From the IMG/VR virus record IMGVR_UViG_3300025892_000009: 64,000 nt of DNA. One strand, 5' to 3'. How positions within the stretch are numbered: position 1 is the stretch's first letter; the number at the start of each line of letters is the position of its first letter. Shown piece after piece: positions 7,690 through 17,036 of this stretch. Under the pieces are notes generated by a model. That model was not told the origin of the DNA. It saw only the letters and a list, made by a program, of their open reading frames with translations, and ran no database searches. Source of the DNA: a virus. The position numbers and the translations under genes were made by a program.

Positions 7690-8810
7690 TAGTCTGCGTT
7701 ACCAAATTCGCCAAATGGGTTTGTTTCTGTGAAGTCGATAAGATTATCAGACTGTATTTCAATATTGTAGTTTTGATCTACAGTATCGGACAGATTTGTA
7801 TTATTTAGGGTGTTGTATGACTCAGGACTCCAGAGAGCACCAGAAGTTATACCCTTTACGGTTTCACCTGTATTGAAAGTGCCTGTCCTATTAATCACTT
7901 GAAGCTCTCTAGTTGCAGAGTTCCAGGACTTGACTTCTGCTCTATTGTCTTTTGGTGAGTAGTCAAATGTGGCAGTTGGAGCACTAGTGTAACCACTACC
8001 ACCAGCTGTAATAGTGATACCAGTAACAATACCTGAAGCCGAGACTGTTGTTGTTGCTGTGGCACCTGTACCGCCCCCTCCACTAATTGTAACTGATGGT
8101 GGTAAACTGCTATTATAATATTGACCCCCATCCGTGATGGCAATACCACTCACGGCATCTCCAGTCAATGTTGCAGTACCAAATGCTCTATATAGATCTC
8201 CAACAATCTCTTCACCAACAGTGAAATCTCCTGACCCACCAGGATCCATTATTAATTTAATGGACGCTGCAAAATTAGTTTGAATGGCATCAATTTCTAC
8301 GACACCTGTATCAATATCCTCGTCACTATATTCAAACAGCTCACAACGAAGACCCCAAGTATATACCTTACCCAACTGAAAGAAGGGCACTTCATGCTCA
8401 ACAAATTGAATCTCGAATGTCTTACCTACCAGAGGGAAGTGAATTAGATCACCCTCGTTAGGTCTACCTTCTACAATAAGGGTGGTATTATCATCCACTG
8501 CCTGAGTAAATCTAGTGCGAGAGATGATGAATGTAACTTGATCAGAAATTCTTACTCCAAACTTACTAAACATATCTCCATCACCACGGAAACCAGTGGC
8601 ATCTTCTAGATATGCTTCAATTAAAAATGCGTCATTAAATTGAGACAATGTATCTTCAGTAAAGATAGTGTCTTCTTTAACTAGAGTCCTTGGCACATAA
8701 TAGACGTTTTTTCCAAACATCTTAATCTGCTCGATGACCAGTGCCTCAGTAAGGTCCTGCTCACCTGTAGTGCCTTGAGTGAAATAAGGATTAAGTGCCA
8801 TATCAGCCAA
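7689..8810 (-). CDS. g14: Neck protein gp14 with an inserted Gly-rich beta module
   Basis: EQIKMFGKNVYYVPR, GDMFSKFG, RPNEGDLIHFP, VEHEVPFFQLGK and C-terminal DFTETNPFG. Confidence 0.93.
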   Translation of the reverse strand: MADMALNPYFTQGTTGEQDLTEALVIEQIKMFGKNVYYVPRTLVKEDTIFTEDTLSQFNDAFLIEAYLEDATGFRGDGDMFSKFGVRISDQVTFIISRTRFTQAVDDNTTLIVEGRPNEGDLIHFPLVGKTFEIQFVEHEVPFFQLGKVYTWGLRCELFEYSDEDIDTGVVEIDAIQTNFAASIKLIMDPGGSGDFTVGEEIVGDLYRAFGTATLTGDAVSGIAITDGGQYYNSSLPPSVTISGGGGTGATATTTVSASGIVTGITITAGGSGYTSAPTATFDYSPKDNRAEVKSWNSATRELQVINRTGTFNTGETVKGITSGALWSPESYNTLNNTNLSDTVDQNYNIEIQSDNLIDFTETNPFGEFGNAD

Positions 8811-9603
8811 TCATGTCCAGTGGTGGTAATTCCCATTGCGTACGCAATTGCTCATCAAGGATCTTTAATTCCTCAACAGCATCGTTATAAATCATCTCAC
8901 CATTCAATGTGATTCCCCCTGGCATTTGCACACCAGAAAACTTAGTGAGATTCTGTCCCCACTGCTTCTTAACTTTCGCAGTAGTATAATCTTTAATCCA
9001 CAATTGATTATAAATTTCAGTCCATGTATTTGGATCTAAAGCACGCCATGCTTTAATTACAATATACTGATCTACAATCGCATCTTCTGGCCAACTCCAG
9101 TCAATATAAAGACGATCCTGCACAGCATGATACCGAATAGGACTCATGCCCTCAAGCAAGAAATCAATTGTAGATAGATGCGACTGGATCATATAATAAT
9201 GATAAAATTGTGTAGATGTAAAATCATACAAGTCATTCAATCTCATCTGATATCTAATATCAAAGATGTTAGAAGATCCCTTATCACTGTATGAAAACAG
9301 ACCTTCTACCGAAAGAATATGATCTGGGATTTCAATGTATGTATTGTTTTCTATCCAGGCATCATTTCCCGCTGATGAGGTTGATCCTGCAGTAGTTTTC
9401 GATCTATCAATCACATCCTGTGTGATCTGATGTTTCAAATAGACACGCTCGCATCCATCATAATGAAACTGTTGGAATTTTTGCAATGAATAATCCACTG
9501 CATCATCCAATTGATCATCAGAAACATTGATTTCAATCACAGGGTCGCCTAGGCGACGTTTCACATATGATTTTAATTCTGCTTTAGAAGTTAGAGTTGC
9601 CAT
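8803..9603 (-). CDS. g13: Neck protein gp13
   Basis: RRLGDPVIEINVSDDQLDD, QFHYDG and KKQWGQNLTKFSGVQMPGGITLNGE motifs. Confidence 0.96.
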   Translation of the reverse strand: MATLTSKAELKSYVKRRLGDPVIEINVSDDQLDDAVDYSLQKFQQFHYDGCERVYLKHQITQDVIDRSKTTAGSTSSAGNDAWIENNTYIEIPDHILSVEGLFSYSDKGSSNIFDIRYQMRLNDLYDFTSTQFYHYYMIQSHLSTIDFLLEGMSPIRYHAVQDRLYIDWSWPEDAIVDQYIVIKAWRALDPNTWTEIYNQLWIKDYTTAKVKKQWGQNLTKFSGVQMPGGITLNGEMIYNDAVEELKILDEQLRTQWELPPLDMIG

Positions 9604-9609
9604 TGGTTA

Positions 9610-12600
9610 TCAGAGAGCAGCGATACGGGTCTGGAAGTCAGCAAAGTCTGCCGAAGCAGCAACTGTTGCTTTGAGAGTTGCTAATGTAATTGTCTCTGCT
9701 TGAAGTGCAGAGTCAGCAGTTGCACCTTGTGCAGCAGTAGCATAATCAGTAGAAGCAGTTGCAGCGGCAGTACCCAGAGTAGGTAGGTTAGTAAGATCAT
9801 TGTAAGATCCAGTGGTTGCTACGGTTGCCAGATCACCTGGTTGTGTAGCAGTGTCTGCCAAACCACCCTGTGCAGCAGTTGCATATGCAGTTGCATCAGT
9901 GGTGGCAGCAGTGCCGAGACCCAGAGCATTGATACCCGCTGTTACGCGAGCATCGGCACGACCATCGGTGAAGTAGAGGTTAGTGCTTCCCTCAGTAATA
10001 CCATCCGAGTCAGGTGTGGTATAAGAGAAGACGCCAGTGCCAGGAGTGTAAGACAGATCACCAGTGGCACTTACAGCACCACGAGCATCAGCAGTCTTAA
10101 AGGTGGTTACACTAAATGCACCAGTGCTAGCATTATAAGCGAGATCGCCACCAGCACTAAATGCACCCCTAGCGCGAGCGTTGGTAAAGAAGATGTTTGT
10201 GGATCCTTCTGTGACATTATCAGTATTGATATCAGATTGAGTAACAGAAAGAGTGCCTGTATTTAACTCAATACCATTGCCATACGTGAAGTGTGTTCTC
10301 GTGCGAGCAGCAGTGGTGAATAGAGCAGTAGATCCTTCTGTGATGTTGTCAGTGTTGATGTCACCCTGAGTTGCACTCAGTGTCAGGATATTACCTGCAT
10401 CATCATATGTAGCAGTGATACCAGTGCCACCTGTGATCAGAGCAGCAACACGATCATCAACTCTCTCATTAGTGAAGTAGAGGTTGCTGGTGCCTTCTGC
10501 CAGAGCATCAGTATCATGGTTAGCGATACTACCAACTTGTGACTCGAAGAATGTCAACGCACCAGTAACATTCAAGTTACCTTGGACTTCAAAGTTAGTG
10601 GTTGATCGGAAGTTAGCAACCGTCAGTCTATTAGTAGATGGATTATATGTAAGGTTTGTGGAGTCAGTGCGGATCTCAGTGTGTCCATTATTCGTGGAAA
10701 CGAATGTAGGATAGTAAGTAAGGTTAGATGTTGTAGTGTCAGTAATATCAGCAAGGTCTGACTTGTCAGCAGTACCTGTTAGGTCACCAGTTACATTACC
10801 AGTGATCTGTCCAGTAACACCCAGTGTGCCACCCATGGTGGTGTTGTTAGTAACATCAAGACTTGCAAGAGTGCTAAGACCAGTGATCTCAGCGTTACCC
10901 GTTGTGGAGTTAAGTGTAATCTTGTCAGTGCCGCTACCATTCTGCAACTTGAGAGTCTTACTAGCACCACGGAGGACAAGGTTGTCCTTAAACAGTGAGG
11001 TGCTATCGACAGTCAGGGTGCCATCTAGTTGCTGATTGCCATCAACATTAAGATCAGAATCAAAGTCTACATTCTGAGTAACATTCAGAGTGTCATCAAT
11101 GATGACTCTACCTGCAACATCCAGGGTGCCTTCAATATCAGTATTACCAGTAGATCCAGAAACAATAAACTTATTAGTGTTAACGATAATAGATCCACCA
11201 ACGTTGACGTTAGAAGTCGTGTTGATAGTTGAAATATTAGCAGTTGTGCCTGAGAATATTGATGCTGTGATTGTGCCGTCTGCAGTGATGTTACCTGTAG
11301 CACCGAAGAAGGTAATGGTTTCATTCTGGTCAGGACCAACAAAGATGTCTTCACCGAAGAAGGAGTCTTCATAGACTGCCACACCACCGTTAGGCACCAT
11401 GATTGCACAGTTGCCAGTAAGACGAGATGCAGTCTCATTCTTAGTGAATTCAACACGACCACGGAATTCCTGGTTACCTTTCTGGACGACGTTACCATCT
11501 ACCTCAAAGTTACCATAGATCTGCATGTCTCCACCAATTGCCAGATCCTGAGCAACTGATATACCACCTGCAACTTGCAGAGCACCAGAGGCAGAGAAGT
11601 TAGATCCAGTAGATGTATTAGTGGTGTCAGTGATACTAACAATATCACCCAGTGTAGATGTGCCAGAGACATCAGCGTTACCGTTGATGTCAACATTATC
11701 ATTGATAGTTGTCAGACCTTCAATCTGAGTTGTGCCAGCAATAAAGGTATTACCGTTGTCGGTGTCAACAGTAAATCTGTCAACCAGAGAAGATCTAATG
11801 ACAAAGTTTTCGTTAGTGGCATCAACCAGAAGGGTGTCATTGATAGTTGTCTGATCACTAACAACCAATGTGCCACTGACTGTAGCATTATCTGTGATGT
11901 TAACAGTGCCACCAGAAGAGTCAAGGACAAGGTTACCAGCAGTGGTGTCAATCTCGTTGGATGCAGCAACACCAATCCTCACAGAGTCGGCAGTGATGTC
12001 TGTAGAGGTGATTGCAGCGGTAAATGTAGATGTAGCGTTGACCGTTAATGTATCAGCGTTTGAATTACCAAGAGTAGAGTTGCCATCAACTGTCAGGTTA
12101 TTACTAACAGCAAGACTAGCAGTGACAGCGACGTTGTTGGCAGATGAGTCAAGGACTAGCGATCCACCATTTGCAAAAATTGCTCTGCTACCTTGGGTAG
12201 TGCCAAGACGGAGATCGTTAACGTGGATTCCATCGTTGGCAGTAATGCGTTGATTTGCAGTGACAGTGCCTGTAATAGTATGAGCATCGTCAGCAGCATC
12301 ACCGATAGTTGCACTACCGTCAACTGTCAGATTGCCATCGATCTGAGTATTTCCATCAACATTAAGGTTGCCGTCAATGTCAGCATTGTCTGTGATGTTA
12401 ACAGTGCCGCCAGCAGAATCAATAATCAGATTGCCAGAAGTGGTGCCAATTTCATTTGCAGCGTCTGTGCCAATCTTCAAGTTACGGATGTTTGCTCTCT
12501 CAGCAACAGTGAGTGCTTGGTTAAACTGGACTACACCAGTTACTACATGTGAGTCACTAGCAGCATTACCAACCGTCGTATTACCATTTACACCAAAGGT

Positions 12601-15600
12601 GCCAGCAACAAATGTATTACCTGTTTGTGCATCAACAGTGAATGTGGTAGAGACAGCGAAGTCATCGGTTACATCCAGTGTGCCTGTGATGTCAACGTTG
12701 CCACTAATTTCAGCATTTCTAGTCAGATAGAAATCTTGACCGACTCTCAGATCAATACCGATACCAGCACCACCACCAACAATCAGAGTACCTGATGAGG
12801 CATTCGTGGAATTCGTTGTATCGAAGAGTTTTACCGATCCAGCATCAATACCCGATCTAGTCCCTGAGAATGCCTCAGAAGCGTTTGTAGCACCGTTGTA
12901 GAAGGCATAACGACCTGCTGAGTTATCCCAACCATAAAAACCTAGTTTTGCAGATCCATCATAGTATCTAAATTCAACACCACGATCTTTTGCGTCGTCT
13001 GATGTAGGTGCAGTGTCTCCACCCAAAGTGATTACAGGATCATCTAGTGTGACAACAGTAGAGTTGACTGTGGTAGTAACACCATTAACAGTCAAGTTAC
13101 CTTCGATAATAGCATTACCATCAATATCAAAGTTACCGTTGATAGTAACGTTATCAGTAAATGTAGAGACGGAATTAACTGTCAACACATCAGTGTTTGC
13201 ATCACCGATAGTGGTCAGAGGACCATTGATTGTGAATTGCTCGTTAAAAGTTGCATGACCGTGGACAACAATTGCACCATCAGTAGCATTACCCTGACCA
13301 ACACGACCGATAGTTGTAAAACCAGATTCACCTAGAATTGAAAATTCAACCGTATCTAAAGTGTTAACTTTACCAACATAGAAATCATCACCAACGTGAA
13401 GATCTTGGACAATACCGACACCACCAGAAACTCTCAGGTTAGCACCAGGATCATCAGCAAAGGTTGCATTGTGTGCTGTAGTAGCACCAATATATTGACG
13501 ATAAAGAATGTCAACATTATTGAGCAATGATGGACGAGTGCGCTCAATACCAGCATCCTTAACTACTAAACGATCATCAAGATAGATATCTCCACCAATG
13601 CGAAGATCTTTTTCAATGTTAACACCACCTGCATAGGTAGCATTACCATTAGTGGTAAGAGTGATATCCGATTCAGATGTAGTTGCATCAACTGCAATGT
13701 TAGCAGTCCTCTCAAAGGTGTTAAATCCACCAATGTTTAGAGATCCTTCAATATCAGTATTACCATTTGTGGTCAATACATGGAATGTTTGATTGCTACC
13801 ATTAGTAATTGTAAAATTCTTACCAGTGACATCCATCAGGAAGTCATTATGGAAGACCACATCATCATCGACATCCAACTCAGCATTGAATGTTACGTTG
13901 CTATCAACATTAAGAGTTGAATCAAAGTCAACACCTTGGACTACATGTAGTGTCCCTTGGACATCAGTATTACCGTTATCAGAATCAACAGTAAACTTAT
14001 TGACTGATCCAGCAGTGCGGATAATAAATTCTTTGTTATCAGCAGTGATGATGAGATTATCTGTAATCTCAGTCTCAAGTTGAATATCCAGGGTGCCTTC
14101 GATAACAGTGTTACCAGTTGCACTCTCGATAGTAAACTTATCAGTAGTATTGTTTCTAACAGCGAAGTTGGCATCAATGTCAACTGTGCCGTCAATCTCA
14201 ACGTTACCAAGAAGGTGAGTCGTGCCACCGACGTTAAGATTTTCGGAGATACCTGTGCCACCAGTCACCACCAGGGTGCCAGTTGTAGGTGTCTTCCAAG
14301 TAGAAGAAGTATTTGTGGTTAGTCTGAGGTTACCAGCAATGACAGGAGCGTCTGTGCCAGAGTAAACTTCAGTAGCGTTAGTCGCGTTGTAGAGGAACCT
14401 ATACCCGCCAGTGCCAGACCAAATGTTAGAGTCTGCGTAATCTTCGTCCCAACCATAGAATCCGAATCGCTCTTCACTATCATAATACCTAAATTCGATA
14501 CCACGGTCTTTGTTATCATCTGCAACAAGAGTATCCTCACCACCCAAAGTGATGATCGGATCCTGCACTGTCATTGTCACCGAGTTTACGGTGGTTGTAG
14601 TGCCGTCAACTTGGAGATCACCGCGAATGATCATTAGACCAGTTGCAGCATCATCATCGCCTGGATCCAGAATCATCGTAGAGTTTACACTACTCAGAGT
14701 ATTCTGCTGGAAGCGATATCCTTCAACGTTAACAAAGTAAGCAGCATCAGTGCTAGAGATTGTGATCTCATTGTCAGCAGTGATGTTAATATTTGCAGTG
14801 CCACCAGCATTAGCGTTGTTGGCAGTGATATTCATGTTGCGGTTATCCGCCTCATCAACTTCCAAGTGGAAGTCTACATTGCCCGAGGTCCGCTTAATGA
14901 ACTGGTTGGTTTTTGTAACGTCAAGAGTAATATTACCAGAGATGGTAGTATCGAGGTTAATGTCAATAAGACCAGTAAGACTCGATCCCCAGTTTGCGTC
15001 ACCGTTACCGTTAGGGTCATCAGCAGCAACAGCAGGATAGGAATTGCCCTGATCCAGAATCCCAGGCTGGAAAGGATACTCAGTAGTATCGTAACCAGTG
15101 ACACGGAATACGCTACCTCCTGTCCTGTTATTAACATTAACGTGGTTAATGGCGGTAATGCCATGATAAGCATTATCAGTCGTCCTTTCGGGGTCAAGCT
15201 CAAAGGTCTCCGTTGCGTTTTGGTCGGTAAACATGAGACGACCCAACGATTGCAGTTGGGAATTCTCTACCGCATTTTCGGCGATTGTAACGTGACCATT
15301 TGCGTCTACGTCAAAATCTTCCTGGTCGAAACTCGCAATACCCTTTTGCTCGACGCCATCAGTACCCAGGTCTCTCCATCCACCCTGATCGTCGTTATCT
15401 CCGTTTTGGGTGTTATGTGATGGCTCACCAAGTCCTGCTGGGATGTCCCGAATAGCTGCCTGATATGTCCTACCATTGCTAGCAATAATCTTGCTGAATC
15501 TAGGATATACAACAGCATTACCGTAAACGGTGAAAGTCGTGCCATCCTTCGCTCCCTGTGTTGCCGTAGCAATTGGTGAAGTATTAGCATAAATGAGACG

Positions 15601-16407
15601 ACCATATCTGTCAACTTCCAAGTTGACCGTGTTGACCGTTTCGGCACCAGTTGTTGCTGAGATTTTTGGATCTACTAAAGGATCCATTGCTGTGATTGGG
15701 TTGTACTTACCCACCACAACTGTAGTATCTGCTAGGTCAACAAATGGGTTAGATGCCTGAGCATTACCATTCTGGACAATAACACGACCACTACCACCAG
15801 TAATAGTCCTAGAAACAATATTACCTTCCGCTTGGCGAGACAACATACCAAACGTAGTCATCGATGCCAGTGATGTTAAATCACTATCCAATGGTTGTGC
15901 GTCAGCAATACCAAAATCGGTGAGAGTAGATGGACTATCTGCATCAATAATACGACCACGGGAATCCACCGTGATACGAGTATATGTGCCAGTTGCATCT
16001 AGGTCGAGTGGATCGTAGTGGGGAAGTGCCACCACATAATTCAATTCTGCAGTAATAGTGAGGTTTGAGGATCCATCAAACGTGCCACTACCAGACATGT
16101 CGCCACCCAATTGGATCTGGCGAGCATTAGCAAGACGGGTTGCAGTTGCTGAATTACCAACCAATGATCCAGTAATGGCACCTGCTTCAAAGTTACCATC
16201 AGCATCTCTCTTAACAAGAGTATTTGCAGTATTTGATTCAGTTTCAAGTGGTCTCTCATATCGAAGAGAGTTCCATGCAGTGACACCATCACCGATCTTG
16301 ATACGCGAAGTATCAATCTCAATTCCCAATTCTCCTTGAGCAAGAATAGGATTGACGTTTGCCCACTGCTGGGCACCGTCACGTCTTAATTGGATTCTAT
16401 TTGCCAT
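9610..16407 (-). CDS. Long tail-fibre protein (Mtd_N-like N-terminus, beta-helix repeats)
   Basis: 2265 aa. N-terminus MANRIQLRRD...NPILAQGELGIEIDTSRIKIGDGVTAWNSL. Many GG[VT]G[IV]xxDLx[VI]G and GNLxVDG repeats. C-terminal ADFADFQTRIAAL. Confidence 0.85.
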   Translation of the reverse strand: MANRIQLRRDGAQQWANVNPILAQGELGIEIDTSRIKIGDGVTAWNSLRYERPLETESNTANTLVKRDADGNFEAGAITGSLVGNSATATRLANARQIQLGGDMSGSGTFDGSSNLTITAELNYVVALPHYDPLDLDATGTYTRITVDSRGRIIDADSPSTLTDFGIADAQPLDSDLTSLASMTTFGMLSRQAEGNIVSRTITGGSGRVIVQNGNAQASNPFVDLADTTVVVGKYNPITAMDPLVDPKISATTGAETVNTVNLEVDRYGRLIYANTSPIATATQGAKDGTTFTVYGNAVVYPRFSKIIASNGRTYQAAIRDIPAGLGEPSHNTQNGDNDDQGGWRDLGTDGVEQKGIASFDQEDFDVDANGHVTIAENAVENSQLQSLGRLMFTDQNATETFELDPERTTDNAYHGITAINHVNVNNRTGGSVFRVTGYDTTEYPFQPGILDQGNSYPAVAADDPNGNGDANWGSSLTGLIDINLDTTISGNITLDVTKTNQFIKRTSGNVDFHLEVDEADNRNMNITANNANAGGTANINITADNEITISSTDAAYFVNVEGYRFQQNTLSSVNSTMILDPGDDDAATGLMIIRGDLQVDGTTTTVNSVTMTVQDPIITLGGEDTLVADDNKDRGIEFRYYDSEERFGFYGWDEDYADSNIWSGTGGYRFLYNATNATEVYSGTDAPVIAGNLRLTTNTSSTWKTPTTGTLVVTGGTGISENLNVGGTTHLLGNVEIDGTVDIDANFAVRNNTTDKFTIESATGNTVIEGTLDIQLETEITDNLIITADNKEFIIRTAGSVNKFTVDSDNGNTDVQGTLHVVQGVDFDSTLNVDSNVTFNAELDVDDDVVFHNDFLMDVTGKNFTITNGSNQTFHVLTTNGNTDIEGSLNIGGFNTFERTANIAVDATTSESDITLTTNGNATYAGGVNIEKDLRIGGDIYLDDRLVVKDAGIERTRPSLLNNVDILYRQYIGATTAHNATFADDPGANLRVSGGVGIVQDLHVGDDFYVGKVNTLDTVEFSILGESGFTTIGRVGQGNATDGAIVVHGHATFNEQFTINGPLTTIGDANTDVLTVNSVSTFTDNVTINGNFDIDGNAIIEGNLTVNGVTTTVNSTVVTLDDPVITLGGDTAPTSDDAKDRGVEFRYYDGSAKLGFYGWDNSAGRYAFYNGATNASEAFSGTRSGIDAGSVKLFDTTNSTNASSGTLIVGGGAGIGIDLRVGQDFYLTRNAEISGNVDITGTLDVTDDFAVSTTFTVDAQTGNTFVAGTFGVNGNTTVGNAASDSHVVTGVVQFNQALTVAERANIRNLKIGTDAANEIGTTSGNLIIDSAGGTVNITDNADIDGNLNVDGNTQIDGNLTVDGSATIGDAADDAHTITGTVTANQRITANDGIHVNDLRLGTTQGSRAIFANGGSLVLDSSANNVAVTASLAVSNNLTVDGNSTLGNSNADTLTVNATSTFTAAITSTDITADSVRIGVAASNEIDTTAGNLVLDSSGGTVNITDNATVSGTLVVSDQTTINDTLLVDATNENFVIRSSLVDRFTVDTDNGNTFIAGTTQIEGLTTINDNVDINGNADVSGTSTLGDIVSITDTTNTSTGSNFSASGALQVAGGISVAQDLAIGGDMQIYGNFEVDGNVVQKGNQEFRGRVEFTKNETASRLTGNCAIMVPNGGVAVYEDSFFGEDIFVGPDQNETITFFGATGNITADGTITASIFSGTTANISTINTTSNVNVGGSIIVNTNKFIVSGSTGNTDIEGTLDVAGRVIIDDTLNVTQNVDFDSDLNVDGNQQLDGTLTVDSTSLFKDNLVLRGASKTLKLQNGSGTDKITLNSTTGNAEITGLSTLASLDVTNNTTMGGTLGVTGQITGNVTGDLTGTADKSDLADITDTTTSNLTYYPTFVSTNNGHTEIRTDSTNLTYNPSTNRLTVANFRSTTNFEVQGNLNVTGALTFFESQVGSIANHDTDALAEGTSNLYFTNERVDDRVAALITGGTGITATYDDAGNILTLSATQGDINTDNITEGSTALFTTAARTRTHFTYGNGIELNTGTLSVTQSDINTDNVTEGSTNIFFTNARARGAFSAGGDLAYNASTGAFSVTTFKTADARGAVSATGDLSYTPGTGVFSYTTPDSDGITEGSTNLYFTDGRADARVTAGINALGLGTAATTDATAYATAAQGGLADTATQPGDLATVATTGSYNDLTNLPTLGTAAATASTDYATAAQGATADSALQAETITLATLKATVAASADFADFQTRIAAL

Positions 16408-16450
16408 TTGATTATAAGGATCCTAGCAACCGACAACAGTCTTTCTTGTT

Positions 16451-16458
16451 TATTTATG
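16451..16458 (-). promoter_or_regulatory. T4-type late promoter
   Basis: CATAAATA just 3' of a terminator and 43 nt upstream of the fibre ATG. Confidence 0.7.
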
Positions 16459-16463
16459 CCATT

Positions 16464-16483
16464 AAAAAACCCCCTTACGGGGG
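16464..16483 (-). terminator. Rho-independent terminator
   Basis: Minus strand CCCCC-GTAA-GGGGG hairpin (GNRA loop) followed by TTTTTT, just after the stop at 16492. Confidence 0.88.
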
Positions 16484-16491
16484 ATGCAGAT

Positions 16492-16713
16492 TTATTCTGC
16501 AGCAGGAGTCTCTTCCTCTTCAGTCTCGTCAGATGAAGGGGGGGAAAGATACTCAAGAGTTTCAATCGCTCCAAGCAATTTGAGAGCGGTGGCTTCATTA
16601 TCTTTGATCTTTTTCGAGAGCTCTTGATTCTCACGAATAATATTTTGATACCGTGTTTGGAATTGCTCTAGCAATTCTTCCTGAGAAGCAGTTTCAGTCA
16701 CATCAGCAGTCAT
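16492..16713 (-). CDS. Small coiled-coil hypothetical protein
   Basis: 73 aa with heptad pattern LLEQFQTRYQNIIRENQELSKKIK. GGAG Shine-Dalgarno upstream. Confidence 0.75.
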   Translation of the reverse strand: MTADVTETASQEELLEQFQTRYQNIIRENQELSKKIKDNEATALKLLGAIETLEYLSPPSSDETEEEETPAAE

Positions 16714-16714
16714 G

Positions 16715-16984
16715 TTATTCTCCTTTAATTAATGATTTCAATAACGTTTTAATTTCCGACAAGTCAGATTTTAGTCCATCTACGTCTCCTTGTAAAGCCT
16801 CAAACTTCTCATCTTTCTTTTGCCGCTTACGATAAGCAGACATATATTCCTCATACTGAGTTTTATTACAATTTACAATAGCATTTGAAGATGGATCCCT
16901 ATACCACCCGTCTCTTCCCTTAACTGGGATTAGATCGGGTGAGTAAGGTTTAATATGATCTGTAGAGTCTTGGGGGCTTGACAT
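16715..16984 (-). CDS. Cyanophage hypothetical protein with coiled-coil C-terminus
   Basis: 89 aa: IPVKGRDGWYRDPSSNAIVNCN followed by LQGDVDGLKSDLSEIKTLL. Confidence 0.8.
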   Translation of the reverse strand: MSSPQDSTDHIKPYSPDLIPVKGRDGWYRDPSSNAIVNCNKTQYEEYMSAYRKRQKKDEKFEALQGDVDGLKSDLSEIKTLLKSLIKGE

Positions 16985-17036
16985 AGTAACTAATAATAAT
17001 TATAATCAACCTTGTGAGCGTTGAGAAACAGAGTAC

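Noticed and set aside
9841-16339. Numerous 60-185 aa ORFs on the plus strand or in alternative minus frames within the fibre gene
   Set aside because: They are shadow ORFs from strong codon bias in a long Gly/Thr/Asp/Asn-rich gene. They have Ser/Val/Leu-rich nonsense composition and no start or promoter context.
9610-16407. Possible diversity-generating retroelement target, because of the Mtd_N-like N-terminus
   Set aside because: No reverse transcriptase or template/variable repeat pair differing at adenines was seen in the window, and the C-terminus is not C-type-lectin-like. An RT elsewhere in the genome cannot be excluded.
16990-17036. Possible promoter TTCTCA-17-TATAAT (or TATAATTA late variant) upstream of the 89-aa gene
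   Set aside because: The -35 match is weak and the AT-rich context makes chance matches likely, so it was not listed as a feature.
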